DNA from: Takakia lepidozioides
Lineage: Eukaryota; Plantae; Bryophyta
Assembly (NCBI GenBank): GCA_030704615.1
Contig: CM060732.1
Coordinates: forward strand, 66,092,001 to 66,156,000
Direction: 5' to 3'
Length of the DNA stretch: 64,000 bases
The position numbers and the translations under genes were made by a program. Shown here piece after piece: positions 61,126-64,000 of this stretch (its first letter is position 1; each line of letters starts with the position of its first letter). The notes below the pieces were generated by a model. It was given only the letters and a program-made list of their open reading frames with translations, ran no database searches and had not been told where the DNA came from.

Positions 61126-61965
61126 GCTTTTGATAACTACGGTACTCTAGATTGTATGACTTAAAATTATCAGAAAGCGGATCACAGCAAGATTCACAAA
61201 TTATGCTCCACGGTAGCTTAGCATGTGCAATTCACATGTATGTATGTTGCATCTCGAGCAATAAATTTGAGTTGGCACGTAAATGTAATTATTCTCTCCC
61301 CTCAGCTCTCCCAGAAAACCACGCTAGGAAGCACTTGAAAATAAGAAAGAATTTGGTCTTGAAGCTAGATTCGCACTTGCAATATGGCCCCTTGGTGATC
61401 GGAATTCATCTATAATAAAGATCGTTCTGCTTTTTAGATCTCTCTGGGCGCATGCAGTTGCAATCGTCAAACTAATAACTAGAACTTGACAATGTATTCT
61501 AAATCTATGCGCAGAAGGAATCTATAGTACGTGTAGAGATGGGTTGGTAGCATGGGGACCTGATCATCATTTGAGATAGGAATTCAGGTGCTGCTTCGTG
61601 GTAGTCTTGAATGTACAAAAACACTGCTGGACTCTTTATCAACTGTACATAAGTTTATGTATGCATATAATAATGCTACACATCGGGTACCTGTATAGCA
61701 ATAAAATTTTTACTTAAATTGATCTACGGATGTGTACGAGATTATAGAACCATGATAGACTATATAATTATGTTCACCTTCTCTTACCTCGTTTACTGTA
61801 CAACGGGGCTGGATCATCTACACGTTTCATCAGATCCATGCTACATGCCACATTTTGTGTGGACACTCTTTACTGAAAGCTTCACTTGCCGTGTGGAATG
61901 CATATCAAAACGCCAAGTCCAAATTGCAGTGCAGTCTCGTACATACAGCTATGTAATCGAGTATG

Positions 61966-62273
61966 GAGTACAGCGTAGACCTGTTGAAAGAAAAGTTATA
62001 AAGAGGCCGTTCCATACTCAACTCTTTGAAGGACGTGGCTCTCCATTTGATGGACCGTAAGTGAAGGTATTGAGAAGAGAGGTGTAATATACAAACTGTG
62101 GATACAGCGTAGACCTGTAGTTATAAATATGCACAGATTGTATGTTACACCTCTCTTTCCAAAAACCTTCACTTACAGTCCATCAAATGAAAACCGAAGC
62201 GCCACGTCCTGTAAAGGGTCGAGTATGGAACAGCCTCTTTATAACTTTCATTCAAAAGGTCTATGCTATATCC
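61966..62273. repeat. Long imperfect inverted repeat (arms ~130 bp, short spacer)
   Basis: Left arm aaagttataaagaggccgttccatactc...catttgatggaccgtaagtgaaggt...agagaggtgtaatatacaaactgtg pairs with right arm cacagattgtatgttacacctctct...accttcacttacagtccatcaaatg...gagtatggaacagcctctttataacttt. A further partial copy of the right-arm unit lies at ~62273-62340. Confidence 0.85.
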
Positions 62274-63178
62274 ACACCTCTTTTTTCAACACCTTCACCT
62301 ACAGTTCATCGAATGAAAATCGAAGCGCCGCTTCCTGCCGCAGTGTTGTGCGTCCCTCGAGTCCAGAGTGGAAAACTTATCAAGCCACATGAAATTTCAG
62401 GCCATCTCAAATTCGAGTGGATCAACTCCCCGTCCCCCCTACAATCCTTCCGAACAGTCTGATCTCTGAAAGTCACATGGAAGAGACACGATGTGGAGCA
62501 GAAGCGCAAGCGCATTGCCGCCATTACTACCTACTCGACTGCAGACCCGGACAGCAGCACGGAGAAAATCATCCAGTTGGATGGATGTGTTTCTGGGCTT
62601 CCCGCATAAACAAGAAGTCCAAATGTAAAGAAGTGCCAACGTGGAGTGCGGTGTCCTTCCGAGCGAGCACGTTCTCGCTCTGCGAAGCGTCCGATGCGAG
62701 AGGCTGGGGCATCGCTGCCGTCCAAAGGAAAGGTCAAGAGGCAAGAACAAGAGCAAGAAAGAGGGAGGAAGCAAGACGACAAAGAGGAAGCGCGTGGCGA
62801 GGGATAAGACGTGCACAGGTGTCCTTTGTTCTTATCTCTGCGCGCTCTCGCAGTAGGTACACTGTGCTGCTGCAGTTCACGAGACTTGCTCGGTGCCGGG
62901 CAGCTGTTGAGCCGCTGCGGTGCGCCCGATTTCCCGTTAAATAGCCTCGGTTGGCACTGGTAGTCTTCTTTTCTTGCTCCAGTTTTGTAGATCTTGAGTT
63001 TGAGTGGTTGTGTGTGCGACGGGAGTGGAAACACCTTGGGAGGTTGAGGTTCTGCCTTGCTTTGCTTGCTTGATTAGAGGGAGTAACACTCTGTCTGCTT
63101 TTCTTAGTGTCTGCTTTTCTTAGTTTGGTGGAGCGTAAGGTTGTTTGTGTGGAGCTTGTGCGGACGAGAGGGATCAAG

Positions 63179-63975
63179 ATGCTGGCTGTGTTTCACAAAG
63201 ATGTTGCTAGTGCTCCTCGGGAGCTGAGTGCGCCGGCTGGTGACAGCGGTGATGGCGTGAAGAGTGACATTGACATTCTCGATTCTTACAAGCATACTTA
63301 TCCTGATGCGATCTCTTTCCAATTTGCTGGCAACAGCACTATGGCCTACTCTCATGCAAAACAGGCCCTCTTGAGACCGAGGTACCTTTTCTTGTGCATT
63401 TTGCTTACCTGGCTCTTTTTTGAGTTGCGGGATAACGTGAAAACAAGTCTATGTTCTACTAGACTTGTGGTGTAAGGTCCTTGATTGATGTACTGTGTTT
63501 CTTTCGTTCTGTGTAGTCTCCCCATGACAGCCAGGGTTTGGGCCCTTTGTATGCCGAATAATAAGGCGATCGTATTGTTTGCAGAAGTGTATCTCTCTTG
63601 ATACTTCTTTGAATGCCTTATGTCAGAAATAGGGATGCAGTGGGAATAGAAACAGAACGAGGGTAGGACGCTTCCTGAGCGGAGTTTCTCAGTTGGTTTC
63701 TGACTTGTAGGTGGCTTACGTGGGATCTGTGCAGATCGTTTGCAGTTGTGGATGATGTATTCTGTATGTTTGTGGGCATATTGGAGAATTTGCCTCATCT
63801 CAGGCAGCAGTATGGTCTTTCAAAGAGTGTGAACGAGGTTACGCTTGTAATTGAGATGTACAGAGTCCTTCGAGATCGCGGCCCGTACTCAGCAGACCAA
63901 GTAGTTGGAGATCTAAGCGGTGCATTTGCCTTTGTCCTCTATGACACCAAGGCCAAGAAACTATTTGTTGCCTCT
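63179..63975 (+). CDS. AILP1/Wali7/stem-specific TSJT1-like protein (DUF3700, Ntn-hydrolase-like); 5' two exons, continues beyond the window
   Basis: Exon 63179-63381 MLAVFHKDVASAPRELSAP...MAYSH...LLRPR. Exon 63735-63975 SFAVVDDVFCMFVGILENL...QYGLSKSVNE...IEMYRVLRDRGPYSADQVV...FAFVLYD, ending at a gtaag donor. Confidence 0.92.
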
Positions 63976-64000
63976 GTAAGTATCCCTTCGTATGTGGTGC

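Noticed and set aside
62417-63177. Several overlapping 125-175 aa ORFs
   Set aside because: This is the GC-rich promoter/5'UTR of the AILP1-like gene. The ORFs have no recognisable motifs and mostly non-ATG starts.

Overview
Eukaryotic nuclear DNA from a land plant. The PLS-DYW PPR style and gene set suggest a non-seed plant (bryophyte or lycophyte); this is an inference. Genes, in order: a decayed DYW-PPR pseudogene; tRNA-Ile(AAT); an uncharacterised multi-exon coiled-coil gene; a SURP/CID (CHERP-like) gene head-to-head with an HD2/HDT histone deacetylase gene that has a U12 AT-AC intron; an intact intronless PLS-E-DYW RNA-editing factor; a divergent SmD3; an Aa_trans amino-acid transporter; a CYP85-clan P450 with an in-frame stop in exon 1; and the 5' part of an AILP1/TSJT1-like gene. 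The most striking structures are two candidate gene-capturing DNA transposons. (1) A ~10.4 kb segment (28961-39361) is bounded by 46-bp inverted repeats starting CACTA. It encloses an L1-type LINE, intron-containing pseudouridine-kinase fragments, the intact DYW-PPR gene and a Copia remnant; no matching TSD is seen. (2) A 1.4 kb PIF/Harbinger-type element (45106-46508, TAA TSD) carries captured MCTP exons. Exon coordinates and family assignments were read by eye, without database searches.
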